NCBI GenBank assembly: GCA_963815115.1
Contig: CAWFFN010000007.1
Coordinates: forward strand, 384,001-448,000
Source of the DNA: an uncultured delta proteobacterium
GTDB taxonomy: Bacteria > Desulfobacterota > Binatia > DP-6
Length of the DNA: 64,000 nucleotides
Direction of reading: 5' to 3'
Below are positions 49,856-61,451 of the stretch, piece by piece (position 1 is the first letter of the stretch; every line of letters starts with the position of its first letter). The notes under the pieces are model-generated. The model made no database searches. It was not told the DNA's origin and saw nothing but the letters and a program-made list of their open reading frames with translations. The position numbers were made by a program, and so were the translations under genes.

Positions 49856-52591
49856 ATGTCGAAGCGCATGCACGAGCTGGCGAAGGAATGGGGCCACAAC
49901 CCCAAGGATCTGATCGCGGTGGCCGAGCGCCTCGGTATCCGCGGCAAGCGCTCGCAGAGCGCGCTCACCGACGAAGAGGTCACCAGGCTACGCGACGGGC
50001 TCGGCCTGGCGCAGCGGCCGGTGGTCACGCTGGGTTCCGAGCGAGTCGTCGCCGAGCGCGTGGTCACGCAGCGTGACTCGGGCGCGGATCAGCTGGTGAC
50101 CGCCATCGAGCAGACCACCGAGACGCGGCTGCGGGCGAATGTCATCCGCCGCCGCACGGCACGCGAGGTGCTGAAGCGCGAGGAGCTTCCACCCACCATG
50201 ACGGACGCGGAGCCGAGCGCGTCGGACATCCCGCCGTCGCTCGACTTCGAGCCCGACATCCCGCCGCCGCTTCCCGAGTCGCCACCGCCGGCAGCCGATC
50301 ACGAGCCCGTCGAGGCGCCGCTGGACGTCCCGCCGGTCGAGGCGTCGCCCGAGTCCACCGCGAGCGCATCGGCAGAGCCGGCAGTAGCCCCGTCGCCGCC
50401 GGCCTCGGCGCCCAGCAGCAACGCTCCCGCGCGGCCGGCTGCGCCGCAGACCGCGGCGCCCGGCGGAGTGCCCGGAGCGGTGCCGCCTCCGGGCTTCGAG
50501 CAGATGCGGGCCGTCAAGGTGCTGGGCAAGATCGACTTGCGCAAGGCGGCTCCGCCGCCCGGTCCGGGACCGGGGTGGCGTCCCGCCGGCGATGCCCCGG
50601 CGGGGGCCGCGCCTGCCGGAGCGGCTGACGGTGCGCCCAAGAAGAAGAAGGGGCGCAAGGTCATCAGCAAGCCCGACCAGTCGAGCCTGATGGAGCGGGA
50701 CTTCAAACGCGGTGGCTCGCGGCCCCAGAAGCGCAGAGCGCTCCCCGGCAAGGAACAGCGGAAGACCGAGATCACCGTGCCGCGCGCCTCGAAGCGTGTC
50801 ATCCGGATCTCCGAGATGATCACGGTGGGCGACCTCGCCAGGGCGATGGGCGTGAAGGCCGGCGAGGTGCTCAAGAAGCTCATGGACATGGGCATGATGG
50901 CGACGATCAACCAGATGCTCGACCACGACACCGCGGTGCTGCTCGCCGGGGAGTTCGAGTATCAGGTCGAGAACGTCGCCTTCGACGTCGAGCAGGCGCT
51001 CGAGACGGAGCAGGAAGGCGGGGCCGGCGGCGAGATGCTCCCGCGCGCGCCCGTGATCACGATGATGGGGCACGTCGACCACGGCAAGACGTCGCTCCTC
51101 GACGCGATCCGGGCCACCAACGTTGCCGAGGGCGAGGCGGGCGGCATCACGCAGCACATCGGCGCCTACACCGTCGACGTGCGCGGGCGCCAGGTCACCT
51201 TCCTCGACACCCCTGGCCACGAGGCCTTCACGGCCATGCGCGCCCGCGGGGCCAAGGTGACCGACCTCGTGGTGCTGGTCGTCGCCGCCGACGACGGAGT
51301 CATGCCGCAGACCCGCGAGGCCATCGACCACGCGCGCGCTGCCGAGGTGCCGATCATCGTCGCCGTCAACAAGATCGACAAGCCCGACGCCAACCCGGAG
51401 CGCGTCAAGCAAGAGCTCGGCAACTTCGGTCTCGCGCCGGAGGACTGGGGCGGCGACACCATCGTCGTGCCGGTGTCGGCCAAGACCAAGGAGGGGATCG
51501 AGCAGCTGCTCGAGATGATCCTGCTCCAGGCCGACATCCTCGAGCTGAAGGCCAACCCGAAGCGCCTCGCCAAGGGCACGATCGTCGAGGCGCGGCTCGA
51601 CCGGGGTCGCGGACCCGTCGCGACCGTCCTGGTCCAGGAAGGCACGCTCAAGGTCGGCGATCCCTTCGTCTGCGGCACGGAGTACGGCCGCATCCGGGCG
51701 ATGATGGACGACAAGGGCAACCGCATCGAGTCCGCGGGGCCGTCGACGCCGGTCGAGATCCTCGGTCTCGGCGGCGTGCCCGAGGCGGGCGACATCTTCG
51801 TCGCCGTGCAGGACGACGCCAAGGCGCGTCAGGTCGCCGAGCACCGGCGCGGCAAGCAGCGCGACGCGGAGATGGCCAAGACGGCGAAGGTCTCCCTGGA
51901 CGACCTCTACCAGCAGATCCAGAGCGGCGAGGTGCGCGAGCTGAAGGTGGTGATCAAGACCGACGTGCAGGGATCGGTCGAGGCCGTCAGCGACGCGCTC
52001 CGGCGGCTGTCGACGGAGGACGTCCGTCTGAACGTCATCCATGGATCGGTCGGCGGCATCACCGAGTCGGACGTGCTCCTGGCGTCGGCGTCCAACGCCG
52101 TCGTGATCGGCTTCAACGTGCGGCCGGAGCCCAAGGCGGCGGCGCTCGCCGAGCGCGAGGGCATCGACATCCGCCTCTACACGGTCATCTACGATGCGCT
52201 GAACGACCTGCGCGACGCGATCGAGGGACTGCTCGAGCCTTCGCTGCAGGAGAAGGTCCTCGGCCGCGCCGAGGTGCGGCAGACCTTCAGCGTGTCGGGG
52301 CAGGGTGTCATCGCGGGGTGCTTCGTCGTCGACGGCAAGCTCGTGCGCGGGGGCAAGGCCCGTCTGCTGCGCGATCACGTGGTGGTGCACGACGGGCGCA
52401 TCGCCAGCCTGAAGCGCTTCAAGGAGGACGCGCGCGAGGTGGCGAGCGGGTACGAGTGCGGCATCGGGCTGGAGGCGTTCCAGGACGTCAAGGTCGGCGA
52501 CATCATCGAGGGCTACGAGGTGGAAGAGGTGGCCCGCCGCCTCGCGCTGCCGCCCGCGCGAAGTCCGCAGGCCGCCGAGCGCCCGGCCTGA
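49856..52591 (+). CDS. infB: Translation initiation factor IF-2
   Basis: [34 protein letters not shown]. Confidence 0.97.
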   Translation: MSKRMHELAKEWGHNPKDLIAVAERLGIRGKRSQSALTDEEVTRLRDGLGLAQRPVVTLGSERVVAERVVTQRDSGADQLVTAIEQTTETRLRANVIRRRTAREVLKREELPPTMTDAEPSASDIPPSLDFEPDIPPPLPESPPPAADHEPVEAPLDVPPVEASPESTASASAEPAVAPSPPASAPSSNAPARPAAPQTAAPGGVPGAVPPPGFEQMRAVKVLGKIDLRKAAPPPGPGPGWRPAGDAPAGAAPAGAADGAPKKKKGRKVISKPDQSSLMERDFKRGGSRPQKRRALPGKEQRKTEITVPRASKRVIRISEMITVGDLARAMGVKAGEVLKKLMDMGMMATINQMLDHDTAVLLAGEFEYQVENVAFDVEQALETEQEGGAGGEMLPRAPVITMMGHVDHGKTSLLDAIRATNVAEGEAGGITQHIGAYTVDVRGRQVTFLDTPGHEAFTAMRARGAKVTDLVVLVVAADDGVMPQTREAIDHARAAEVPIIVAVNKIDKPDANPERVKQELGNFGLAPEDWGGDTIVVPVSAKTKEGIEQLLEMILLQADILELKANPKRLAKGTIVEARLDRGRGPVATVLVQEGTLKVGDPFVCGTEYGRIRAMMDDKGNRIESAGPSTPVEILGLGGVPEAGDIFVAVQDDAKARQVAEHRRGKQRDAEMAKTAKVSLDDLYQQIQSGEVRELKVVIKTDVQGSVEAVSDALRRLSTEDVRLNVIHGSVGGITESDVLLASASNAVVIGFNVRPEPKAAALAEREGIDIRLYTVIYDALNDLRDAIEGLLEPSLQEKVLGRAEVRQTFSVSGQGVIAGCFVVDGKLVRGGKARLLRDHVVVHDGRIASLKRFKEDAREVASGYECGIGLEAFQDVKVGDIIEGYEVEEVARRLALPPARSPQAAERPA

Positions 52592-52612
52592 GCCCGGCGG
52601 GGGCCGCCCCGC

Positions 52613-52900
52613 ATGGTCGTCGGCGTGCTACGCCTCGAGCTGCTGCTGCCCGAGAACCATTCGCTCAAGGGCAAGCGCAGCGTGCTGCGCACCATCAAGG
52701 CGCGCGTCCAGAACACCTTCAACGTGTCGATCGCCGAGTGCGAGGAGCACGATCACTGGCAGCGGACCATCCTCGGCGTGAGCCAGGTCGGGGCCGACCA
52801 GCCGCACGTCGATGCCTGCCTCCGGCAGGTGGTCCAGTTCATCGACCGCCTGCAGCTCGCCGAGCTCGGCGAGGAGCGGGTCGAGTTCCTGCACTACTGA
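52613..52900 (+). CDS. DUF503 (YlxP-like) protein
   Basis: SLK.KRS......FNVS.AE....D.WQ; infB-rbfA synteny. Confidence 0.9.
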   Translation: MVVGVLRLELLLPENHSLKGKRSVLRTIKARVQNTFNVSIAECEEHDHWQRTILGVSQVGADQPHVDACLRQVVQFIDRLQLAELGEERVEFLHY

Positions 52901-52913
52901 TCCCGAGGAGCCG

Positions 52914-53285
52914 GTGGCAGAGCACCGCAAGGACCGCGTCGCCCATCTGATCCAGGCAGAGCTGGCCCGCCTGTTGCTGCGCGAGGCGCACGATCCGCGC
53001 CTGCAGGCGGTGACCATCACCGCCGTCCGGGTCACGGCCGACCTGCGCGTCGCGCACGTCTACTTCCGCACGCTCACGATCGAGGCGACCCCGCACGAGA
53101 CGGAACGGGCCCTGGCCCGGGCGATGCCGTTCCTGCGCAGCGGACTCGGGCGCACGCTCGGGATGCGCGTGACGCCGGAGCTCCGCTTCGAGTACGACAC
53201 CACGCCGGACAGCGCCCGGCGGGTGGACTCGCTGCTCGACGAGATGCGACGCGAGTCGGAAGAGGACGGCGAGGACGATCAGTGA
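52914..53285 (+). CDS. rbfA: Ribosome-binding factor A
   Basis: R..RV...I..E, DPRL..VT.T.V..T.DL..A.VY, R.TPEL.F.YD. Confidence 0.95.
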   Translation: MAEHRKDRVAHLIQAELARLLLREAHDPRLQAVTITAVRVTADLRVAHVYFRTLTIEATPHETERALARAMPFLRSGLGRTLGMRVTPELRFEYDTTPDSARRVDSLLDEMRRESEEDGEDDQ

Positions 53286-54151
53286 ACGGCATCCTGCTCG
53301 TCGACAAGCCCGAGGGCCTGTCGTCCGCCGGCACCATCCGCGCCCTGAAGGCGCGCTTCGGGGCCGCCAAGGTCGGCCATCTCGGCACGCTCGATCCGTT
53401 CGCCAGCGGCCTTCTGCCGCTCTGCATCGGGGAGGCCACCAAGGTCGCCGGCTACCTGCTGCTCGAGCGCAAGGCGTACAGCGGCACGATCCGGCTCGGC
53501 GTCGAGACCGACACCCTCGACCGCACCGGCCGGGTCACGGCGACCGCGACGGTGCCCGAGCTGCCCGCCACGACGGTGGACGAGCTGGCGCGCCGCTTCG
53601 TCGGCCGGCAGCAGCAGGTGCCGCCCATGTTCTCGGCGCTCAAGCGCGACGGCGTGCCGCTCTACAAGCTGGCGCGACGGGGCATCGCGGTCGAGCGCGC
53701 GGCTCGCGAGATCGACATCGCCCGCCTCGAACTCAGGGCGCGCGGGCCGGATCGCCTGGAGTTCGGGCTCGAGTGCTCGAAGGGGACGTACGTCCGGGTG
53801 CTCGCCGCGGACCTCGGACGGGCGCTCGGTACGGTTGCGCACCTGGAGGAGCTGCGCCGGACCACCGTCGGAGCGTTCCAGGTGCGTGACGCACGCACGC
53901 CGGAGGCACTGGCGGAGATGGCCGAGCTGCCCCTCGTCTCCATCCGCGAGGCCCTCGCCGGCCTGCGCAGCTTCACCCTCGAGCCGGAGGCGCTGGTCCT
54001 GCTGCGCCGCGGCCAGCAGGGGCCATTGCGCCGGCTGCCCGCGCCCCGGGCAGGGGAGGCGGCCCTGGTGCTGGATGGGGAGGGGCTGGCGGCTGCGCTG
54101 CTCGACGTCGGGCCCGAGGGCTGGCGTCTGGCGCGCCTGCTCGCCACGTGA
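53282..54151 (+). CDS. truB: tRNA pseudouridine(55) synthase
   Basis: DKP.G, KVGH.GTLDP.ASG.L, PP.FSA.K, CSKGTYVR. Confidence 0.95.
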   Translation: MNGILLVDKPEGLSSAGTIRALKARFGAAKVGHLGTLDPFASGLLPLCIGEATKVAGYLLLERKAYSGTIRLGVETDTLDRTGRVTATATVPELPATTVDELARRFVGRQQQVPPMFSALKRDGVPLYKLARRGIAVERAAREIDIARLELRARGPDRLEFGLECSKGTYVRVLAADLGRALGTVAHLEELRRTTVGAFQVRDARTPEALAEMAELPLVSIREALAGLRSFTLEPEALVLLRRGQQGPLRRLPAPRAGEAALVLDGEGLAAALLDVGPEGWRLARLLAT

Positions 54152-54193
54152 CGGCGCCCACACGGGCCTCGACTTCGATCGCGTGCGCGCGCC

Positions 54194-54222
54194 TTTACAA
54201 GCCGTATCGCCCGTGTTAGACG
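54194..54222 (+). promoter_or_regulatory. Promoter of rpsO-pnp
   Basis: TTTACA-N17-TAGACG. Confidence 0.6.
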
Positions 54223-54269
54223 CCGTGTGTTAAACGTCAAGCGAGAAGAACGGAAATAGAGAGGGCGGG

Positions 54270-54539
54270 ATGGCAGTGCTCCAGGAGCGAACTCGGGAGA
54301 TCGTGCAAACCAATCGGCGGCACGACACCGACACCGGCTCCCCCGAGGTGCAGGTAGCGCTCCTGACGAATCGAATCGGGTACCTCACCGAGCACTTCAA
54401 GGTACATCGCAAGGATCACCATTCCCGTCGCGGGCTGCTGAAGCTCGTGGGCCAACGCCGGCGCCTGCTCGACTACCTGAAGCGGAACGACTTCCAGCGC
54501 TACAAGGCAGTCATCGAGCGGCTCGGCATCCGCAAGTAA
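54270..54539 (+). CDS. rpsO: 30S ribosomal protein S15
   Basis: [18 protein letters not shown]...[10 protein letters not shown]. Confidence 0.97.
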   Translation: MAVLQERTREIVQTNRRHDTDTGSPEVQVALLTNRIGYLTEHFKVHRKDHHSRRGLLKLVGQRRRLLDYLKRNDFQRYKAVIERLGIRK

Positions 54540-54636
54540 GGCCCGAATTCACGCTGCATAGCAGCACCCTCCCTTTCTCCCCCGTCACGCCTCGCCAGAA
54601 TCATCGAAGCGGCGTCATGCCGCGGGGAGAGTGATA

Positions 54637-56739
54637 ATGTTCCAGAAGGTCGAGGCCGACTTCCATGGTCGGCGGCTCAGCATCGAGACAGGGAAGGTTG
54701 CCAGGCAGGCCGGCGGCGCCGCGCTCATGCGGTTCGGCGAGACCGTCGTGCTGGTCACGGCGACGGCGATGCGGAGCACGCGGGAGGGAATCGATTTCTT
54801 TCCGCTCACCTGTGACTACGTCGAGAAGACGTTCGCGGCCGGCAAGATCCCGGGCGGCTTCTTCAAGCGCGAGGGGCGGCCCGCCGAGAAGGAGGTCCTC
54901 ACCTCGCGGCTGATCGATCGTCCCGTCCGCCCGCTGTTCCCGAAGGGGTTCCGCTGCGAGACCCAGGTCATCGCCACCGTGCTGTCGCACGACCGGGAGA
55001 ACGACCCCGACATGATCGCGATCGTCGGCGCGTCGACGGCGCTCACCCTGTCCGACATCCCGTGGAACGGTCCGATCGCGGCCGTCCGCGTCGGACGCAT
55101 CGGCGGCAAGCTCGTGATCAACCCCACCACGTCGCAGCTCGCCGACAGCGACCTGAATCTCATCGTCGCTGCGGGTCGCGACGCCATCGTGATGGTGGAG
55201 GGCGGCGCGAGCGTGCTGCCGGAGACGCTCCTGCTCGAGGCGCTCTTCACCGCCCACGACGCCGTGCAGCCGCTCCTCGACATGCAGGAAGAGCTGCGCA
55301 AGGCGGTGGGCAAGCCGAAGCGGGAGGTGGTCGCGCCGGCGCGCGACGCCGCGCTCGAGGCGGCAGTGTCCGAGTTCGCGCTCCCCAAGCTGCGCGAGGC
55401 GCTGGCCAAGAGCGGCAAGACGGAGCGCTATGCTGCTCTCGACCAGATGCACGACGAGGCGACGGCCGCGCTCGGCAACGGCGATCCGATGCGCGCCAAG
55501 GCCGTCGGCGAGCTGGTCGACAAGCTCAAGAAGCAGGTGGTCCGCGAGGCCATCGTGCGCGACGGCCGGCGTCTCGACGGGCGCGGTCTGGCCGACGTCC
55601 GGGCCATCACCTGCGACATCGACGTGCTGCCGCGCACGCACGGCTCGGCCATCTTCACGCGCGGCGAGACGCAGGCGCTGGTCGTCACCACGCTCGGGAC
55701 GTCGTCCGACGAGCAGAAGATCGACGCGCTGATCGGCGAGCACTACAAGAAGTTCATGCTGCACTACAACTTCCCGCCCTTCAGCATCGGCGAGGTGAAG
55801 TTCCTGCGCAACCCGGGCCGGCGCGAGATCGGCCACGGCGCCCTGGCGGAGCGCGCGCTGCTCCCCGTCCTGCCCGACGAGGACGGCTTCCCCTACACCA
55901 TCCGCATCGTCTCCGAGATCCTCGAGTCGAACGGCTCGTCGTCCATGGCGACGGTCTGCGGCGGGTCGCTCTCGCTCATGCAGGCCGGCGTGCCGATCAA
56001 GGCGGCGGTGGCCGGCGTCGCCATGGGGCTCATCAAGGAGGGGGACGAGGTCCGCGTCCTCTCCGACATCCTCGGCGACGAGGATCATCTCGGCGACATG
56101 GACTTCAAGGTCGCGGGGACCCGCGAGGGCGTCACCGCCGTGCAGATGGACATCAAGATCGGCGGCGTGACGCGGGCGGTGATGCAGCAGGCGCTCGAGC
56201 AGGCCCGCGCGGCTCGCGTCCACATCCTCGGGATCATGGACGAGGCCATCGTCGCGCCACGCGGCGAGCTGTCGATGCATGCCCCGCGGATCGTCACCCT
56301 GCGCATCAAGACCGACCGCATCCGCGACCTCATCGGCCCGGGCGGCAAGATCATCCGCGGCATCGTCGAGGAGACCGGCGCCAAGATCGACGTCGAGGAC
56401 GACGGCACGGTCCTGGTGGCCTCGGCGGACGGCGAGGCGATGCAGAAGGCCATCGACCGCATCCGCGCGCTCACCGCGGAGGCCGAGGTGGGCAAGATCT
56501 ACCGCGGCACCGTCCGGCGCGTGGTCGACTTCGGCGCCTTCGTCGAGATCATGCCGGGCACCGACGGACTGGTGCACATCTCGCAGCTCGCCAACGAGCG
56601 CGTGCGGCAGGTCACCGACGTCGTCCGCGAGGGCGATGTGATCGACGTCAAGGTCATCGAGGTCGACAAGTCGGGGAAGATCCGCCTGTCGCGGAAGGAA
56701 GCGCTGCGCGAGTCGGAAGCTCAGGGGGCCGGACGCTAG
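54637..56739 (+). CDS. pnp: Polyribonucleotide nucleotidyltransferase
   Basis: [39 protein letters not shown] and S1 domains. Confidence 0.97.
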   Translation: MFQKVEADFHGRRLSIETGKVARQAGGAALMRFGETVVLVTATAMRSTREGIDFFPLTCDYVEKTFAAGKIPGGFFKREGRPAEKEVLTSRLIDRPVRPLFPKGFRCETQVIATVLSHDRENDPDMIAIVGASTALTLSDIPWNGPIAAVRVGRIGGKLVINPTTSQLADSDLNLIVAAGRDAIVMVEGGASVLPETLLLEALFTAHDAVQPLLDMQEELRKAVGKPKREVVAPARDAALEAAVSEFALPKLREALAKSGKTERYAALDQMHDEATAALGNGDPMRAKAVGELVDKLKKQVVREAIVRDGRRLDGRGLADVRAITCDIDVLPRTHGSAIFTRGETQALVVTTLGTSSDEQKIDALIGEHYKKFMLHYNFPPFSIGEVKFLRNPGRREIGHGALAERALLPVLPDEDGFPYTIRIVSEILESNGSSSMATVCGGSLSLMQAGVPIKAAVAGVAMGLIKEGDEVRVLSDILGDEDHLGDMDFKVAGTREGVTAVQMDIKIGGVTRAVMQQALEQARAARVHILGIMDEAIVAPRGELSMHAPRIVTLRIKTDRIRDLIGPGGKIIRGIVEETGAKIDVEDDGTVLVASADGEAMQKAIDRIRALTAEAEVGKIYRGTVRRVVDFGAFVEIMPGTDGLVHISQLANERVRQVTDVVREGDVIDVKVIEVDKSGKIRLSRKEALRESEAQGAGR

Positions 56740-56742
56740 GGC

Positions 56743-57993
56743 ATGCGGGCGACAAGGCTCCCGAACGGCATCCGCGTGCTCTCCGAGGAGCTCGCGGATC
56801 TGGCCTCGGCGACGGTCGGCATCTGGGTCGAGAACGGCTCGCGCTACGAGTCGAGCGCGCAAGCAGGCATCTCGCACTTCCTCGAGCACCTCTTCTTCAA
56901 GGGCACCGAGCGGCGCACCGCGACGCAGATCGCCGAGGAGATCGACGCGGTCGGCGGCGTCATCAACGCATTCACCAGCAAGGAGTACACCTGCTACTAC
57001 GCCAAGGTGCTGCCCGAGCAGCTGCCCCTGGCGCTCGACGTGCTGGGCGACATCTTCCTCCACTCCCGCTTCGCCGAGGAGGAGATCGAGCGCGAGCGCT
57101 CGGTGATCCTGCAGGAGATCTCGCAGGCCGAGGACACGCCGGACGACTACGTCCACGATCTCTTCGGCCTGGCGTTCTGGCCCGGCCATCCGCTGTCGCG
57201 GCCGGTCGCCGGCTCGGCGGCCACGGTGGGGCCGCTCCAGCGCCCCGACTTCCTGCGCTTCCTCGAGGCGCGCTACCGCCCGGACCGGGTGCTGCTCAGC
57301 GCGGCGGGCAAGGTCCGGCACGACGAGCTGGTGGACGTGGTGTCCCGCACCTTCGGCGTGCTCTCCGGGTCCTCGGGCCCCGACGCCGAGCAGCCGCCGG
57401 TGACCGGCACCGGGCTGACGCTGCATCACAAGCAGCTCGAGCAGGTGCACATCTGCCTGGGCGCACCGGGGATCGCACACGCCAACCCGGACCGCTACGC
57501 GGCCCACCTGCTCAGCCAGGCGCTCGGGGGCGGGATGAGCTCGCGGCTCTTCCAGGAGGTGCGCGAGCGCCGGGGCAAGGCGTACACGGTCTACTCCTTC
57601 CTGCCCAGCTTCCACGACACCGGCTATCTGGGCGTCTACGTGGGCACGAGTGCGGAGTGGGCCCGCGAGGTGCTGGACGTCATCCAGACGGAGCTCGCCA
57701 AGATCGCTGCCGACGGACTCGGCGTGGAGGAGCTCGCGCGGGCCAAGACGCAGATGAAGGGCGGCCTGCTGCTCGGGCTCGAGACCAGCGACAGCCGCAT
57801 GAGCCGCATCGCGCGCAACGAGATCTACTTCCGGCGCGACGTGCCGCTCGCCGAGGTCGCCGCCGGCGTCGACGCGGTGACCAACGACGACATCGTGCGC
57901 GTCGCGCGCGCCATGTTCCGGCCCCAGTCCTTCGCGGTCACCGTGCTCGGCGACTTGAAGGGCGAGCGCCTCGACGGGGTGCTCGAGGGGTGA
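56743..57993 (+). CDS. M16 family zinc peptidase
   Basis: HFLEH inverted motif, [22 protein letters not shown]. Confidence 0.93.
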   Translation: MRATRLPNGIRVLSEELADLASATVGIWVENGSRYESSAQAGISHFLEHLFFKGTERRTATQIAEEIDAVGGVINAFTSKEYTCYYAKVLPEQLPLALDVLGDIFLHSRFAEEEIERERSVILQEISQAEDTPDDYVHDLFGLAFWPGHPLSRPVAGSAATVGPLQRPDFLRFLEARYRPDRVLLSAAGKVRHDELVDVVSRTFGVLSGSSGPDAEQPPVTGTGLTLHHKQLEQVHICLGAPGIAHANPDRYAAHLLSQALGGGMSSRLFQEVRERRGKAYTVYSFLPSFHDTGYLGVYVGTSAEWAREVLDVIQTELAKIAADGLGVEELARAKTQMKGGLLLGLETSDSRMSRIARNEIYFRRDVPLAEVAAGVDAVTNDDIVRVARAMFRPQSFAVTVLGDLKGERLDGVLEG

Positions 57994-58457
57994 CGGCGGA
58001 GCTGCCGGTCGAGGTCGTGCGCGTGCGACCGGGAGCGGCTCCGCTCGACCTGCCGCGCTACATGAGCCCGAGCGCGGCGGGGCTCGACCTCCTGGCCGAC
58101 GTCGACGGCGAGGTCTCGCTCGCGCCCGGCGAGCGCGTGCTCGTGCCGACCGGCATCGCCATCGCCCTGCCGCAGGGGCACGAGGCGCAGGTCCGGCCGC
58201 GCAGCGGGCTCGCGTTGCGTGACGGCGTCACGGTCCTCAACGCGCCGGGAACGATCGACGCGGATTATCGCGGCGAGATCCAGGTGCTCCTGGTGAACCT
58301 GGGACGGGTGCAGGCCACGGTCCGCCGGGGCGAGCGCGTCGCGCAGCTCGTGGTGGCTCCGGTCACGCGCATCACCTGGCGCGAGGTCGCGGCGCTCCCG
58401 GCGAGCACGCGCGGCGACGGCGGCTTCGGCAGCACCGGGTCGGGAGGCGTGGCGTGA
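57990..58457 (+). CDS. dut: dUTP diphosphatase
   Basis: [31 protein letters not shown]; GTGA overlap. Confidence 0.95.
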   Translation: MTAELPVEVVRVRPGAAPLDLPRYMSPSAAGLDLLADVDGEVSLAPGERVLVPTGIAIALPQGHEAQVRPRSGLALRDGVTVLNAPGTIDADYRGEIQVLLVNLGRVQATVRRGERVAQLVVAPVTRITWREVAALPASTRGDGGFGSTGSGGVA

Positions 58458-59752
58458 TCGATCGCTACAGCCGTCCCGGGATGGCGCGCCTGTGGTCCGA
58501 CGAGGCTCGCTTGCAGCGCTGGCTCGAGGTGGAGCTCGCCCTGGTCGACGAGCTCGCCGCGCGCGGCGACGTGCCGCCCGCGGCAGCCGCCGTGCTGCGG
58601 CGCGATGCGCGGGTCGACGTCGAGCGCATGCGCGCCATCGAGGCCGAGGTGAAGCACGACGTCATCGCATTCGTGTCCTCGGTGGCCGAGCGACTCGGTG
58701 ACGAGAGCCGGTTCCTCCACCTGGGCCTCACCTCGAGCGACGTCGTGGACACCGCCTTCGCGATGCAGCTGCGGGACGCGGCCGACCTGCTGCTGGCGAG
58801 CCTGGACCGCCTGCGCGCCGCCGTGCGCGCCCAGGCCGAGCGCCACCGTCACACGCCGATGATCGGGCGCACGCACGGCATCCATGCCGAACCCATCACC
58901 TTCGGCCTCAAGTGCGCGAGCTGGTACGTGGAGCTCGGCCGTGGGCGCCGCGCCCTCGCCGAGGCGCGCGCGCTGGTGGCGCACGGCAAGCTCTCGGGCG
59001 CGGTCGGGACCTTCGCCAACAACGCGCCCGAGATCGAGGCCGGGGTATGTCGCCGGCTCGGCCTCACGCCGGAGCCGCTCGCCACGCAGGTCGTGCCGCG
59101 CGACCGCCACGCGCACCTGTTCACCCGGCTCGCCGTCCTCGCCGGCACCTGCGAGCGCATCGCGACCGAGATCCGCCACCTGCAGCGCACCGAGGTGGGC
59201 GAGGCGCTCGAGCCCTTCGGTCGAGGACAGAAGGGCTCCTCGGCGATGCCCCACAAGCGCAACCCGGTGCTGGTCGAGAACGTCTGCGGGCTGGCCCGAC
59301 TGGTGCGGGGCTATGCCCTCGCCGCGCTCGAGAACATGGCGCTGTGGCACGAGCGCGACATCAGCCACTCGTCGGTCGAGCGCGTGATCGCTCCGGACGC
59401 GACCATCGTGCTCGACTTCATGCTGGCGCGGCTGGCCGACGTGGTGGCCGGCCTCGAGGTACGCGCCGACGTCATGGCGCACAACCTCGCGCGGCTCGGC
59501 GGCGCGGTCTTCTCGGAGCAGGTGCTGCTGGCGCTCGTGCGCCGCGGGCTGCGGCGCGACGACGCCTACCGTCTCGTGCAACGGCACGCGCTCGCGGGCG
59601 ACGATCTGCCGTCCAGGCTCGCCGGCGATCCCGAGATCACGCGCCATCTGTCCGCCGACGAGCTCGCGAGTCTCTTTGACATGCGGCACCACCTCCGGCA
59701 TATCGATGCCTTGTTCACGCGGGCGCTGGAGGACGGCGATGGAGCGCGCTGA
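58454..59752 (+). CDS. purB: Adenylosuccinate lyase
   Basis: [32 protein letters not shown]. Confidence 0.96.
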   Translation: MIDRYSRPGMARLWSDEARLQRWLEVELALVDELAARGDVPPAAAAVLRRDARVDVERMRAIEAEVKHDVIAFVSSVAERLGDESRFLHLGLTSSDVVDTAFAMQLRDAADLLLASLDRLRAAVRAQAERHRHTPMIGRTHGIHAEPITFGLKCASWYVELGRGRRALAEARALVAHGKLSGAVGTFANNAPEIEAGVCRRLGLTPEPLATQVVPRDRHAHLFTRLAVLAGTCERIATEIRHLQRTEVGEALEPFGRGQKGSSAMPHKRNPVLVENVCGLARLVRGYALAALENMALWHERDISHSSVERVIAPDATIVLDFMLARLADVVAGLEVRADVMAHNLARLGGAVFSEQVLLALVRRGLRRDDAYRLVQRHALAGDDLPSRLAGDPEITRHLSADELASLFDMRHHLRHIDALFTRALEDGDGAR

Positions 59753-60452
59753 GCTTCTCTACGAAGGGAAAGCCAAGCGAGTTTATCGGACGAGCGACCC
59801 GACGCTCCTGATCCAGCACTTCAAGGACGACGCCACCGCGTTCAACGCGCAGAAGCGCGGGACGATCGCCAGCAAGGGCATCGTCAACAACCGGATCTCG
59901 GAGGTGCTCTTCCAGCACCTCGAGTCACAGGGGGTCGCCACCCACTTCGTGCAGCGGCTGTCCGACCGCGACATGCTGGTGCGCGCGTGCGAGATCATCA
60001 AGATCGAGGTCGTGGCGCGCAACGTGATCGCCGGCAGCCTCGCGACCCGGCTCGGGCGTGCGGAGGGCGAGGAACTCCCCGCGCCGATCCTGGAGCACTA
60101 TCTCAAGAACGACGCGCTGGGCGACCCGCTGCTGAACGACTGGCACATTCGCTTCCTCGGCCTGGCCAGTCCGGAGGAGCTCGCCACGTTGAACGCGACC
60201 GCGCTACGCGTGAACGCGATCCTCCGCGCCTACCTCGATGCGCGCGCCATCGTGCTGGTCGACTTCAAGCTCGAGTTCGGCCGCCACCAGGGTCGCCTGC
60301 TGGTGGCCGACGAGATCTGCCCGGACACCTGCCGGCTGTGGGACAAGACGACCGGGCACCGCCTGGACAAGGATCGCTTCCGGCGGGATCTGGGTGGCGT
60401 CGAGGAGGCGTACCAGGAGGCGGCGCGGCGCATCTGCGGGCTCGCCGCCTGA
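59739..60452 (+). CDS. purC: SAICAR synthase
   Basis: LYEGKAK, FKDD.TAF, DFKLEFG, ADEI.PD.CRLWD, DKD.FR. Confidence 0.96.
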   Translation: MERAELLYEGKAKRVYRTSDPTLLIQHFKDDATAFNAQKRGTIASKGIVNNRISEVLFQHLESQGVATHFVQRLSDRDMLVRACEIIKIEVVARNVIAGSLATRLGRAEGEELPAPILEHYLKNDALGDPLLNDWHIRFLGLASPEELATLNATALRVNAILRAYLDARAIVLVDFKLEFGRHQGRLLVADEICPDTCRLWDKTTGHRLDKDRFRRDLGGVEEAYQEAARRICGLAA

Positions 60453-60712
60453 TGGCGGGTCTCCTCGCCCGGGTGACCGTCACCCCGCGACGCGGCATCC
60501 TCGATCCGCAGGGCAAGGCCGTGCAGCAGTCGCTGCACGCGCTCGGCTTCGCGGAGGTGGGCGAGGTGCGGGTCGGCAAGTACATCGAGCTCCGCCTGCG
60601 CGATCTCGATCGCACCGTGGCCACGGAGCGCGTCACCGGCATGTGCGAGCAGCTCCTCGCCAACGGCGTCATCGAGGATTTCCGGGTCGAGATCGTCGAG
60701 GGAGGCGCGTAG
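60452..60712 (+). CDS. purS: FGAM synthase subunit PurS
   Basis: ILDPQG.A, VRVGK.IEL, LLAN.VIE.F. Confidence 0.93.
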   Translation: MAGLLARVTVTPRRGILDPQGKAVQQSLHALGFAEVGEVRVGKYIELRLRDLDRTVATERVTGMCEQLLANGVIEDFRVEIVEGGA

Positions 60713-60713
60713 C

Positions 60714-61451
60714 GTGCGCTGGGGCGTCGTCACCTTTCCCGGCTCGAACGACGATCGCGACATGCTCCGGGTCGCGGAGCGCGTGCTCGGTGACGACGGG
60801 GTGGCGCTCTGGCACAAGGACGACGACCTGCAGGGCGTCGACTGCGTCGTGCTGCCCGGCGGGTTCTCGTACGGCGACTACCTGCGCTGCGGCGCGATCG
60901 CGCGCTTCTCGCCGGTCATGGGTGCGGTGGCGCGCCACGCGGCGGCCGGCGGCTTCGTCCTCGGTATCTGCAACGGGTTCCAGATCCTGTGCGAGGCCGG
61001 CCTGCTTCCGGGCGCGCTGGTGCGCAACCGGGGTCGGCGTTTCGTGTGCGACCTCGTGACCGTCCGGGTCGAGACCAGCGACACGCCCTTCACCTATGGC
61101 TGCCGCAGCGGCGAGCTGCTCGCCCTGCCGATCAAGCACGGCGAGGGCTGCTGGGTGGCCGACGAGCACACCCTGGCGGCGCTGGAGGCGGATGGCCAGG
61201 TGGTGTTCCGCTACGCCGACCGGGCCGGACGCTCCGTGCCGGAGGCGAACCCCAACGGCTCGCTCGGCAACGTGGCGGGCGTCTGCAACCGCGGGCGCAA
61301 CGTCGTCGGCCTGATGCCACATCCGGAGCACGCCACGGACCGGCTCGTCGGCGGTGAGGACGGCGTCAAGCTGTTCCGCTCCGTCCAGGCATGGCTGGGC
61401 AACCGGCAGGCGGGCACGCGCCGCGAGCCGACCATGGTGCCCGGGCCCTGA
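60714..61451 (+). CDS. purQ: FGAM synthase glutaminase subunit PurQ
   Basis: [28 protein letters not shown]. Confidence 0.96.
   Translation: MRWGVVTFPGSNDDRDMLRVAERVLGDDGVALWHKDDDLQGVDCVVLPGGFSYGDYLRCGAIARFSPVMGAVARHAAAGGFVLGICNGFQILCEAGLLPGALVRNRGRRFVCDLVTVRVETSDTPFTYGCRSGELLALPIKHGEGCWVADEHTLAALEADGQVVFRYADRAGRSVPEANPNGSLGNVAGVCNRGRNVVGLMPHPEHATDRLVGGEDGVKLFRSVQAWLGNRQAGTRREPTMVPGP

Noticed and set aside
50200-50640. Pro/Ala-rich low-complexity region
   Set aside because: Ordinary variable IF-2 N-terminal linker
54601-57615. 1004-aa antisense ORF (similarly 35170-38466, 32166-35336, 49988-52390, 61211-63568)
   Set aside because: Shadow ORFs opposite well-conserved genes, expected from high-GC codon bias; no motifs
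55062-58457. 1131-aa plus-strand ORF suggesting a giant dUTPase fusion
   Set aside because: Only the last 155 codons (from GTG 57990) are dut; the rest is an Arg/Gly-rich off-frame reading of pnp and the M16 peptidase
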